From Gammaproteobacteria bacterium (lineage in GTDB: Bacteria > Pseudomonadota > Gammaproteobacteria > SZUA-140): DNA of 64,000 nucleotides. Positions 10,202 through 18,139 of this stretch are shown here, one piece after another. Position numbers and translations under genes: made by a program. The notes below the pieces were generated by a model, which had not been told where the DNA came from, did not search any database, and was given only the letters and a program-made list of their open reading frames with translations. The first letter of the stretch is position 1, and the number at the start of each line of letters is the position of its first letter. The stretch covers positions 33,837 through 97,836 of the forward strand of contig JBHHVB010000002.1 of NCBI GenBank assembly GCA_046754065.1. Direction: 5' to 3'.

Positions 10202-11629
10202 ATGAGTAGTTGGGAAATCAAGGACCTGGAATATTGGGAAAAGCGGATTAAAGAGAAGGTTGATGAATTTGGCCTGAATTGTTTTCCACAGGAGTTTGAG
10301 GTATGTAATCATGAACAGATGATTGGTTTTATGGCCTATTCTGGAATGCCTTCCCACTATCCTCATTGGTCATATGGCAAGTCCTACGAAAAGCAGAAGA
10401 CCCTTTATGATTATGGTGTATCAGGGTTGCCTTACGAGATGGTGATTAACTCAAATCCCTCTCTTGCCTATTTAATGCGTGAAAATTCGTTATGTCTGCA
10501 GATTCTGACTATTGCTCATGTTTATGGGCATAATGATTTTTTCAAAAATAACTTTACGTTTAGTCAGACGAGACCAGAATTGACCATTAGCGACTTCAAG
10601 TTACGCGCTGATCGTGTTCGCAGTTATATCGAAGATCCATCAATCGGGCAAGACAAGGTGGATAATATCCTGGACGCTGCTCATGCCTTATCGTTGCAAT
10701 GCAGGCACCATTTTGCAATCAGGAAGCTCGACGTTGATGAACAAAAAGAACGGATGATTGCTAATGCAGGAAACGGAAGCCCGGAAGAAATGTCAAATGA
10801 TGGGCGAGATGTTGAATCGGTTGATTTACATAAGCTGCCATTGCAGCCTGAAGAAGATATCCTGCTGTTTATTCGTGATAATCATAGAGGACTGGAGGAG
10901 TGGGAAAAAGATCTGTTAACCATCGTCCATGAGCAGGCGATGTATTTTGTACCGCAGATTGAAACGAAGATTATGAATGAGGGTTGGGCAAGCTATTGGC
11001 ACCACAAGATCATGCATAGTCTGGAGTTGCCACCAGACCTTCATATGGAATTTCTTGTTCATCAAAACCAGGTGGTTAGACCTCATCCGGGTAGTATCAA
11101 CCCTTATTATCTGGGGTTCAGGTTATGGCATGATATTCATCGGCGCTTTGAGAGTCCGACAAATGAAGAAATGGAAGCCTATGGAATGCATACCCAAAGC
11201 GGGGACGAAAAAATATTTGAGGTTCGTGAATCCGATCGTGATAGGTCTTTTTTGCGCCGTTTTTTGACGGAAAAGATGATGCGTGAAATGGATATGATTC
11301 AGTATGAGAAGAAGGGCGATAAAATGGTTATTACCAATGTGTCTGATGAGCAAGACTGGCAAACCGTTAAAGATACGCTTATCAGGAATACCGGTATGGG
11401 CTCAATACCGGTGATAAAGATTATCGATGCTGACTATAATGATCGCCATGAGCTTTATTTGCGTCACTATCATGATGGTAGAGAGCTGGATTTAGGGCAA
11501 GCAGAGAAAACACTCGCGTATGTTTATCAGTTATGGGGCCGCAAGGTTTTCCTGGAAACACAAATTAAAGACAAATCGACGATATTCTTCTTTGATAAAA
11601 ACGGTTTTGAGCAACAAAAACCCCACTGA
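10202..11629 (+). CDS. ycgB: SpoVR-family protein (YcgB-like)
   Basis: SpoVR-like domain of about 476 aa. The start was moved to ATG 10202 (MSSWEIKD..., RBS agga) to remove the overlap with yeaH. It is the third gene of the conserved yeaG-yeaH-ycgB module. Confidence 0.83.
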   Translation: MSSWEIKDLEYWEKRIKEKVDEFGLNCFPQEFEVCNHEQMIGFMAYSGMPSHYPHWSYGKSYEKQKTLYDYGVSGLPYEMVINSNPSLAYLMRENSLCLQILTIAHVYGHNDFFKNNFTFSQTRPELTISDFKLRADRVRSYIEDPSIGQDKVDNILDAAHALSLQCRHHFAIRKLDVDEQKERMIANAGNGSPEEMSNDGRDVESVDLHKLPLQPEEDILLFIRDNHRGLEEWEKDLLTIVHEQAMYFVPQIETKIMNEGWASYWHHKIMHSLELPPDLHMEFLVHQNQVVRPHPGSINPYYLGFRLWHDIHRRFESPTNEEMEAYGMHTQSGDEKIFEVRESDRDRSFLRRFLTEKMMREMDMIQYEKKGDKMVITNVSDEQDWQTVKDTLIRNTGMGSIPVIKIIDADYNDRHELYLRHYHDGRELDLGQAEKTLAYVYQLWGRKVFLETQIKDKSTIFFFDKNGFEQQKPH

Positions 11630-11642
11630 GCGGGTATCTGCA

Positions 11643-12725
11643 TTAATCGAGGTATGAACAGACAATGTCAGTTGCATCCTGAATACCCGTGGGTGATATA
11701 ACTGGTTTGGCTATCATCTGATTTAGGTAATCCAGTTTTGATACGATATTTTCGTCGAACACTTCTTCCCGTTGGGCTTCGAGATAGTGATGGTGTTTTT
11801 CCATCCATGTTGCCAGGCCTGGCTGTTCCGGCCAGTCAGGCCTGGGTATATTGATTACTGCTGTCTGATTGCAGCAAGCCTCAATCAGACTTCCGTAACC
11901 CGTTTTTGTTATCAGTACATCAGAAGACTTTAACAGGTCAATAAAGCTGAATTTAAGTGCATCAATACTATGAGTATGCTGCTGACCCGAGCACCAGCTT
12001 TGCGGCACTAGCCAGCGGAAGTTTTCTAAGACTGGCCATTTTTTAACAGGTGGGTCCGTCGCTATTCCGCCAAGTGAAACCAGAATCAGTTTATCCTTGG
12101 CGGTGCCATTTATCAGGCTGATAATGTCTTTTTTTATATTGTTGCCGAGCTGGGCTACCGGGCCAATGGGTTCTAAACGATTATCAAGAGACATCGGCAT
12201 GGTGGGTTCCAGCGAGAGAAATCTGGTGGCACTGCTATAAGCTGATCTTATCTGCTGCAAAATCGACGCCGATCGGGTATCACTGCTGCAATAATGCGAG
12301 AAAATATCGTGCCAATTCAGGGAGCCAAACGCTATGCATGGGATATTGGCTTTTGCAGCACCTGCTAATGTCAGATACGGAATATTCGCTAATACCAGAT
12401 CAGGTCGAATGGACTGCATGAGTCCGGTTTCCCGCTTTATGGCCTCGCCCCAGTTTTGATGCAATGAATCATAGATGCTGACCGTTGCCTGTACATCGAC
12501 ATCCAGTGCGTTAAACATGCGCATTCCAAAATCCACTTCGTCTTGAAGATAATCAAATGGCACCTTTATTCGGCTTTCAAGTTGTTGAAGTGGTGCAGCG
12601 CTCCGAATAGTAATTTTCAGATTTTTTATTCTACTCGCAACTTCGTTGACAATGGGTGCGGTCTGTGCGATATGTCCGAATCCATGCGACGAAATGGCAA
12701 CGAGGAGATGGGGTGCACTGCTCAT
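11643..12725 (-). CDS. GT-B-fold glycosyltransferase, GT28/MurG-like, substrate unknown
   Basis: 360 aa. N-terminal VAISSHGFGHIAQTAPIV is a glycine-rich, MurG-like loop. C-terminal SDVLITKTGYGSLIEA...IPRP resembles the GT28 C-terminal domain. It lies 24 bp downstream of slt on the same strand. Confidence 0.55.
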   Translation of the reverse strand: MSSAPHLLVAISSHGFGHIAQTAPIVNEVASRIKNLKITIRSAAPLQQLESRIKVPFDYLQDEVDFGMRMFNALDVDVQATVSIYDSLHQNWGEAIKRETGLMQSIRPDLVLANIPYLTLAGAAKANIPCIAFGSLNWHDIFSHYCSSDTRSASILQQIRSAYSSATRFLSLEPTMPMSLDNRLEPIGPVAQLGNNIKKDIISLINGTAKDKLILVSLGGIATDPPVKKWPVLENFRWLVPQSWCSGQQHTHSIDALKFSFIDLLKSSDVLITKTGYGSLIEACCNQTAVINIPRPDWPEQPGLATWMEKHHHYLEAQREEVFDENIVSKLDYLNQMIAKPVISPTGIQDATDIVCSYLD

Positions 12726-12749
12726 AAAGGTTAATTGAGACGAACCGGG

Positions 12750-14726
12750 TTAAGAGGGGTCTCCGGAAGTCTTGACCTTTTGAGTAGCGATAGATGCTGT
12801 TGATGTGCCGGATGAAATCGGTAGCATTCGATCAGAAATGCGTGTGAGTGTTTGGTTCATGCGTTTTTCGTAGATGACCCTGTAGGCCAGAATGTTCTGA
12901 ATGTAGCTGCGCGTTTCTGCAATCGGGATCGTTTCTATCCAGATATCCGCAGGAATAGTTTTGTCTACCGGTAACCATTGGTGCACCCGTCGTGTTCCAG
13001 CGTTGTATGCAGCTGTAGCCAGTATTGGATTGCCGTTAAATCTGGACAATTTTTCTCGCAAATACCGGATGCCAAAGTTTAGATTGGTATTAACATCAAG
13101 CAGGTCAAATTTTCCGTTGTAATCAAGGCCACGAGTACGAGCAATATATTTAGCCGTGCGAGGTAACAGTTGCATCAGGCCTACGGCTCCGGCGTTGGAA
13201 TGGGCATCGGCCGTGAAAGCACTTTCTTTTCTAATGACTGCGTACGCCAATGCAGGGTCAATGTTGTGTTGGCTCGCAATGGTCGTTATAACTTCTCGAT
13301 GTGCGAGTGGAAATCTCAATGCGAGATCGTCTCGATAGTCGGTTCGGATAATGGTCATAATCGCCCGGTCATGCCAGCCCCAGCTTTGTGCCAGTTTCGC
13401 TGCGAGTCGGAGTTGCTCGGGATTCATGTTTTGAATCGCAAGATACCACTCTCTACGGGCCTCAACTATTCGGTTGAAATAGTACAGTTCACGCGCCCGT
13501 TGTATTGCGGGGATTTGTGCAACGTAATTGAAAATATCAATATCGATGTCAAGTGGCTGGTCAGTGATCTGGTAGGGTTGATCCAGAAAATCGGCGGCAA
13601 GGAATCCATAGTAGCTTCTGTATTTGGCAAGCTCGAGCAAAATAGGCTTTGCCATCTCCAGAAATCCCAGTGAGATAAGTGCGCGAGCTTTCCAGTATAA
13701 CCAGCGTTCTGTTTGTTGCTCATCCGGATTGAGTTGATCAATCCAGTCCAGCGCCGCTGCCCAGTCCTGATGAAATATCGCAGAACGGACCCGCCATTCC
13801 CTTAGGGTTTTGTCTGATGAGGCGGTATCAATAGCAGCCAGCCATGTTAATGCCTCTGATTTGCCATGAAGGGCCAGGCTCATCGCGAGATAGCGTTCGA
13901 TTTCCGAGCGCTCTTTTTCAGAGAACGGATATTCAGACTTAATGGTGTTCCAGACATCCGTAGCCTTTAATGGATCGCTACGGGCGATTCGCTTAATCCC
14001 GTGTATCAGGATGCGATGCCTGATTGGATGAGGTTTGGAGAATAGTTTTTTAGACAACACCAAACCGGGTTTGCGGTGCACACTTATCCAGCGCTCTGCC
14101 CATCGCTGCTCGTCGATGCCAACAAAACGATTAAGATAGCGTACCAGCGTCACGTTATTACGTTTCATCGCCAGTTGGATGCGTTGCCAGGCGAGTTCGG
14201 TGGTGAGCATACCGTCTTTCTGCCAGATACCAAAAATTCTGTCACATTCCCTTGGTTGCGAGTACCCGACCAGCCAAAGCTTTTCCAGGTTCTGGTAGGC
14301 GTTTTTCTTTTGACCACTTTTATATAAGGCCCAGTGATACTGGCATTGTAATTTGGTGCTCCTGACAGGACGATAGTCGTTGACGAATGTGTTCCATTTT
14401 TGACGTTTTGCGAGACTATGAAGCCAATTATGCATTAACCGCCTGGATAATGGCGTATTGTGAAACTCTTCGGTAAATGCAAGAATTTCATTTGCGGGTA
14501 CTTGCGCGAGGTGTTTAACTATGAATTGATAGCGAAGATAGGGTAGCAGAGGGTAAGTTTGAAGCTGTTCATAAAGACCGTGATAGCGAACCAGATCATT
14601 ATTTCTTATAGCCTCTTCGGCAGCCAGGTAGTCTGCGCGCTGTTTGAGCAGTTTATGTACGGGTTCACCAGCCGAGGTGACACACTGGAAGAATAACAGA
14701 CAAATTAGCAGGAAAACACGATGCAT
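12750..14726 (-). CDS. slt: soluble lytic murein transglycosylase (Slt70 family)
   Basis: Signal peptide MHRVFLLICLLFFQCVTSAG, a long superhelical N-domain, and a C-terminal SLT domain with ...ESAF...GLMQLLPRTAKYIA...AAYNAG. The ORF-track start 14786 was trimmed to the Met preceding the signal peptide. Confidence 0.85.
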   Translation of the reverse strand: MHRVFLLICLLFFQCVTSAGEPVHKLLKQRADYLAAEEAIRNNDLVRYHGLYEQLQTYPLLPYLRYQFIVKHLAQVPANEILAFTEEFHNTPLSRRLMHNWLHSLAKRQKWNTFVNDYRPVRSTKLQCQYHWALYKSGQKKNAYQNLEKLWLVGYSQPRECDRIFGIWQKDGMLTTELAWQRIQLAMKRNNVTLVRYLNRFVGIDEQRWAERWISVHRKPGLVLSKKLFSKPHPIRHRILIHGIKRIARSDPLKATDVWNTIKSEYPFSEKERSEIERYLAMSLALHGKSEALTWLAAIDTASSDKTLREWRVRSAIFHQDWAAALDWIDQLNPDEQQTERWLYWKARALISLGFLEMAKPILLELAKYRSYYGFLAADFLDQPYQITDQPLDIDIDIFNYVAQIPAIQRARELYYFNRIVEARREWYLAIQNMNPEQLRLAAKLAQSWGWHDRAIMTIIRTDYRDDLALRFPLAHREVITTIASQHNIDPALAYAVIRKESAFTADAHSNAGAVGLMQLLPRTAKYIARTRGLDYNGKFDLLDVNTNLNFGIRYLREKLSRFNGNPILATAAYNAGTRRVHQWLPVDKTIPADIWIETIPIAETRSYIQNILAYRVIYEKRMNQTLTRISDRMLPISSGTSTASIATQKVKTSGDPS

Positions 14727-14817
14727 AGCGAAATTCAAGGAACTATCATGCCAATATGGTTGTTTGGGTGAAAATTGGCATGGCATGTCTTAAACAGGAT
14801 TTAGTCTATTACACTAG

Positions 14818-14869
14818 ATTGAATCAGGTGGCACAGAAAATCTATGCCACCTGATTCAATATTTTTAGG
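14818..14869. terminator. perfect 16-bp inverted repeat, a hairpin terminator immediately after the HU gene stop
   Basis: attgaatcaggtggca (14818-14833), an 11-nt loop, then tgccacctgattcaat (14845-14860). There is a T-run on the + strand side. It abuts the stop of the - strand HU gene. Confidence 0.5.
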
Positions 14870-15260
14870 CAGCAGCGTCTTTTAACGCTTTTAACGCGAG
14901 GACTTTTACGACGTTTCTTGCTGGCTTGGCTTTAAACATCATTTCTTCACCGGTGAATGGGTTAACACCTTTGCGAGCTTTTGTTGCAGGTTTGCGATTT
15001 ACCTTTACCTTGATTAATCCTGGTAGCGTAAAGGATTGAGCAGACCCTTTCTTGACATGGCCTTCAATGACCAGTTTTAATTCGTCGATGACTGCACTGA
15101 CCTGTTTTTTTGTCAGTTCTGTTTTTCCTGCGAGATGTGTGACGAGTTCACCGCGGGTATATGGTTTCTTGATTGCTTTTACGGTAGGCGCTTTTTTAGC
15201 GGCTGCTTTTTTCGTAACTTTCTTCCTGGATTTCGCTCCTGCTTTTTTCTTTACGGCCAT
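14865..15260 (-). CDS. HU-family DNA-binding protein with a lysine/alanine-rich histone-H1-like N-terminal extension
   Basis: Residues 33-131 match the HU/IHF fold (...GFGKF-like...NPFTGEEMMFKAKPA..LKALKDA). Residues 1-32 are MAVKKKAGAKSRKKVTKKAAAKKAPTVKAIKK. Confidence 0.8.
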   Translation of the reverse strand: MAVKKKAGAKSRKKVTKKAAAKKAPTVKAIKKPYTRGELVTHLAGKTELTKKQVSAVIDELKLVIEGHVKKGSAQSFTLPGLIKVKVNRKPATKARKGVNPFTGEEMMFKAKPARNVVKVLALKALKDAAA

Positions 15261-15498
15261 GTTGATCTCCTTTGTTGATGACAGTTGTTAACGAGGGTAT
15301 GTAGCCTGACTATCTGTGTGGCAGGATATCAGCGAATTTAAAAAAGCGCAATTATTTCTTGTGCTAGTATATAAAGGGTGAAAAGCACTTTTTGTTGATT
15401 ATGATGTTAGGTTAAACAGGGGGAAATAAACCTCGATGCAGCAAAATAGATTGTCAGAAGATGTAACACCATTGGGAAAATCCAGCCCCTATTTTTAT

Positions 15499-15891
15499 AT
15501 GAAAAAATTGCGGTTCAAATGTACCCGCTGTGGGTGTTGTTGTATTAATGCGGGAAGTGAATTTGTTTATTTGGGTGAAAACGAAGCGGAGAAGATTCGC
15601 AAGTACCTCGGGGTATCATCGGCATGGTTTCGGCGACGATACATAAAAAGGGATAAAGATGAAGGGCTTGTGTTGAGGTTTCCCGAGAATGGTCGATGTG
15701 AATTTTTAGATAATTCTAATCGTTGTAATATCTATCCGGTTCGTCCGGGCCAGTGTAAAACCTACCCTTTTTGGCGTGAGCTGGTTACGTCTGCTCAGGG
15801 TTGGGTCGCTGAAAAATCAAGGTGCGAGGGAATTGGGTCGGGGGCCGTCGTTCCAGTCAATCATATTGAAAATATGCTAGGAAAAAAATAA
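15499..15891 (+). CDS. YkgJ-family (UPF0153) putative Zn/Fe-chelating CxxCxxCC protein
   Basis: Has the CTRCGCCC motif plus downstream RCEFL...CNIYPVRPGQC, characteristic of the YkgJ/flagellin N-methylase-like family. An alternative upstream start is at 15436. Confidence 0.65.
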   Translation: MKKLRFKCTRCGCCCINAGSEFVYLGENEAEKIRKYLGVSSAWFRRRYIKRDKDEGLVLRFPENGRCEFLDNSNRCNIYPVRPGQCKTYPFWRELVTSAQGWVAEKSRCEGIGSGAVVPVNHIENMLGKK

Positions 15892-15947
15892 TACTTAAAA
15901 TCAGTCCAGGACTTTGAAAAAACAGTGGTCATTATTGGGAAATATGG

Positions 15948-16178
15948 ATGCAGGAAAAAACAACGGTATTTGAATTACGCATTAGCGCAGAACAGTATAA
16001 AGGCTATTATCAGGGTGTGGCAAAGTTCATCGTTGTAAAAGGCGATGACGGCAAAACCATAAAATTTCCCGCAAGTAATTTACAGCGATTTTTAAGCCAT
16101 AATGGGATTCATGGTGTATTTGCAATGAGTTATGACGAGAATAATAAATTGATCGATATCAGAAAGATTAAAGACTAG
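15948..16178 (+). CDS. small conserved hypothetical protein (76 aa; possibly DUF2835-like)
   Basis: Intact ORF in the gap between the YkgJ-like gene and mazG. Weak RBS. No recognisable motif. Confidence 0.4.
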   Translation: MQEKTTVFELRISAEQYKGYYQGVAKFIVVKGDDGKTIKFPASNLQRFLSHNGIHGVFAMSYDENNKLIDIRKIKD

Positions 16179-16223
16179 ATATTGGTTTTCGGGTGAAACT
16201 GGCATGCGGTCACTGGTGAAAAT

Positions 16224-17030
16224 ATGAAGTTAACGGAAAAAACAGGCCTGGATAAGTTGCTCGCGATTTTGGAGGTCCTGCGTGATGAAAAAAAAGGTTG
16301 TCCGTGGGACAAGGAGCAGACGCTGGAGACTTTGCTTCCCTATACGATAGAAGAGGCCTATGAAGTTGCGGATGCTATTTTGCGAAATGATAACGGTGAT
16401 TTGTGCGATGAGCTGGGAGACCTGTTGTTTCAGGTCGTATTTTATAGCCAGATTAGTAAGGAAAACGACGCATTTGAGTTTTCGGATGTGGTCGACGCAT
16501 TAATTGATAAATTGATTAGACGTCATCCGCATGTCTTCTCGGGGCAAAAGATTGCGAGTTCGGCTGAACAGACTGTTGCCTGGGAGGCGCATAAAGTGGA
16601 AGAGCGGATTCAAAAACATGGTAAAAATGCCGGTGGTGGGCGACTCGATGGGGTATTAAAAAATCTACCTGCCCTGATTCGATCGATTAAATTACAGAAA
16701 CGTGCGGCAACGGCGGGTTTTGACTGGCACCAGATTGCCCGGGTGATGAGTAAAGTGGATGAAGAGTTAAACGAGGTCAAAGAGGTGCTGCATGCCAGGG
16801 ATGAAAGGCTCGAACACGAGCTTGGAGATTTGTTGCTAGCCGTTACCAATCTGGCACGTCATGCCGATATCGACCCGGAACTGGCACTGCAAAAGGCCAA
16901 TAATCGCTTTGTGCGTCGATTTGCCTGGATGGAGCGCATGGCTGCAGAGCAAGGCCGTGAATTCGAACAATTAACGCTATCGGAAATGGAGCTTCTGTGG
17001 ATTCAGGCAAAACAGGATGAGTGCTCATGA
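16224..17030 (+). CDS. mazG: nucleoside triphosphate pyrophosphohydrolase MazG
   Basis: 268 aa with two MazG EEXXE-type repeats (EEAYEVADAI and DEELNEVKE). Confidence 0.9.
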   Translation: MKLTEKTGLDKLLAILEVLRDEKKGCPWDKEQTLETLLPYTIEEAYEVADAILRNDNGDLCDELGDLLFQVVFYSQISKENDAFEFSDVVDALIDKLIRRHPHVFSGQKIASSAEQTVAWEAHKVEERIQKHGKNAGGGRLDGVLKNLPALIRSIKLQKRAATAGFDWHQIARVMSKVDEELNEVKEVLHARDERLEHELGDLLLAVTNLARHADIDPELALQKANNRFVRRFAWMERMAAEQGREFEQLTLSEMELLWIQAKQDECS

Positions 17031-17442
17031 AGGTGTCGAATCATATTCATAGCCAATGGATACTTCTGAACTATCCCCTTGCACGACTCGGTGTTTTATT
17101 GTTTTAAGAGAACGTTTTTTTAATTGATGGCGCAAGCTATTTCAGCATCCCTTAAGTCGCCCCGGATATAATCAAAACTGTTTAAAAGATTTTGTCTTCG
17201 TTTTGATGGTGAAGTCTTGTGAATGCCTTCAACGGTGTCAAATAATTGCTTTTAGATCGGTTGTTAAATAGGCAGAATTTGACACGCCTGGATGTGGGAG
17301 TGACTAATGCTGATTATGCTGGTTAGCTTCAAGTATTTGTCTTTTCAGAGAGGTAGTCTTTGTCCTTGTATTGGCTTAATAAATTGCCCGGTGGGAATGT
17401 TTTATCGTAATTTTGCCAAGGAACTCCAAGTGTTTGATTTTT

Positions 17443-17458
17443 TGGCATGACTATTGCC
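17443..17458 (+). promoter_or_regulatory. candidate sigma-54 (-24/-12) promoter
   Basis: TGGCAT-gacta-TTGCc has the exact GG-N10-GC spacing of the TGGCAC-N5-TTGCA consensus. It lies about 125 nt upstream of the small ORF and 680 nt upstream of amt. Confidence 0.3.
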
Positions 17459-17582
17459 GGTAATTGATTAAGGGACTGGAGAAATCGGTCGATATAGTAA
17501 GTATGGGAGAAAGATAATACCCATTATCAAGGAATGAACGAGGCGGTATCCCTAATAGACAATCATACAGGAGGATCTGGTG

Positions 17583-17789
17583 ATGATGAATTTGTTAGCT
17601 GAAGCGGTTATCATGTCGTTTGCTGTCGGTGGAATTGTTGGTGCACTGGTCGCATTGCAGTTAAGAGGTGACTTGAAAGGAGCATCCAAATCTTCTGTAG
17701 AGTCTTCTATGAAGGACAGTGAACAGCTTGTTGCAAAACAGGTTGTTGTGACTCATAGAAATAACCGTCACCCAAACCGCCGAAAATAA
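17583..17789 (+). CDS. small single-TM membrane protein (68 aa)
   Basis: Excellent SD AGGAGGA at 17569-17575, 7 nt before ATG 17583. One hydrophobic helix LLAEAVIMSFAVGGIVGALVALQL followed by a charged tail. It sits in the amt leader region. Confidence 0.45.
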   Translation: MMNLLAEAVIMSFAVGGIVGALVALQLRGDLKGASKSSVESSMKDSEQLVAKQVVVTHRNNRHPNRRK

Positions 17790-17945
17790 GATCCCCTTCG
17801 TTGTTAGCTGCGACGGTTGGGTGATTGATTGCAGTGATTTGATCGGTTGGTTTGTTATCATCTGGTAGATAACTGCGTCATATCAGACTGCCTTATTCCT
17901 CAATAATTTAGAGGCTTCGATTATTCTCCGCCTTTTTCCACGTAT

Positions 17946-17955
17946 CCCCCCCCCC
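17946..17955. repeat. homopolymeric C10 tract
   Basis: A run of 10 C in the intergenic region 185 nt upstream of amt. Confidence 0.9.
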
Positions 17956-18000
17956 ATCTCAAACGCAAGATTCTCCTGAATTGACTGCAATACGCTGCTA

Positions 18001-18039
18001 ATTAGTGCGTTTTGTTATGAAACGCACTAATATGGTGCG
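18001..18039 (+). promoter_or_regulatory. NtrC-like enhancer dyads (candidate upstream activator sites)
   Basis: A 12-bp perfect inverted repeat attagtgcgttt-N7-aaacgcactaat (18001-18031) overlaps cGCACtaatatgGTGCg (18023-18039). The latter fits GCAC-N7-GTGC of the NtrC consensus TGCACCAnnnTGGTGCA. It lies 55-90 bp upstream of a -24/-12 promoter. Confidence 0.35.
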
Positions 18040-18091
18040 TAATAATCAGCTTTGCTTATTGTAACCTATTGTTTTATAAGAGATAGGAGCC

Positions 18092-18107
18092 TGGTGCGTT
18101 ATTTGCA
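18092..18107 (+). promoter_or_regulatory. sigma-54 (-24/-12) promoter for amt
   Basis: TGGTGC-gttat-TTGCA with correct spacing. The predicted TSS is about 20 nt before the amt ATG. Confidence 0.5.
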
Positions 18108-18130
18108 ATAAGGTTTTTATTTTTTTATTT

Positions 18131-18138
18131 GGGGGGGG
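18131..18138. repeat. homopolymeric G8 tract forming the amt Shine-Dalgarno region
   Basis: GGGGGGGG ends 1 nt before the amt ATG at 18140. Confidence 0.9.
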
Positions 18139-18139
18139 T

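Noticed and set aside
17661-17861. 66-aa minus-strand ORF overlapping the small membrane-protein ORF
   Set aside because: It has no RBS and lies opposite an ORF that has a near-perfect SD, so it is likely a shadow.
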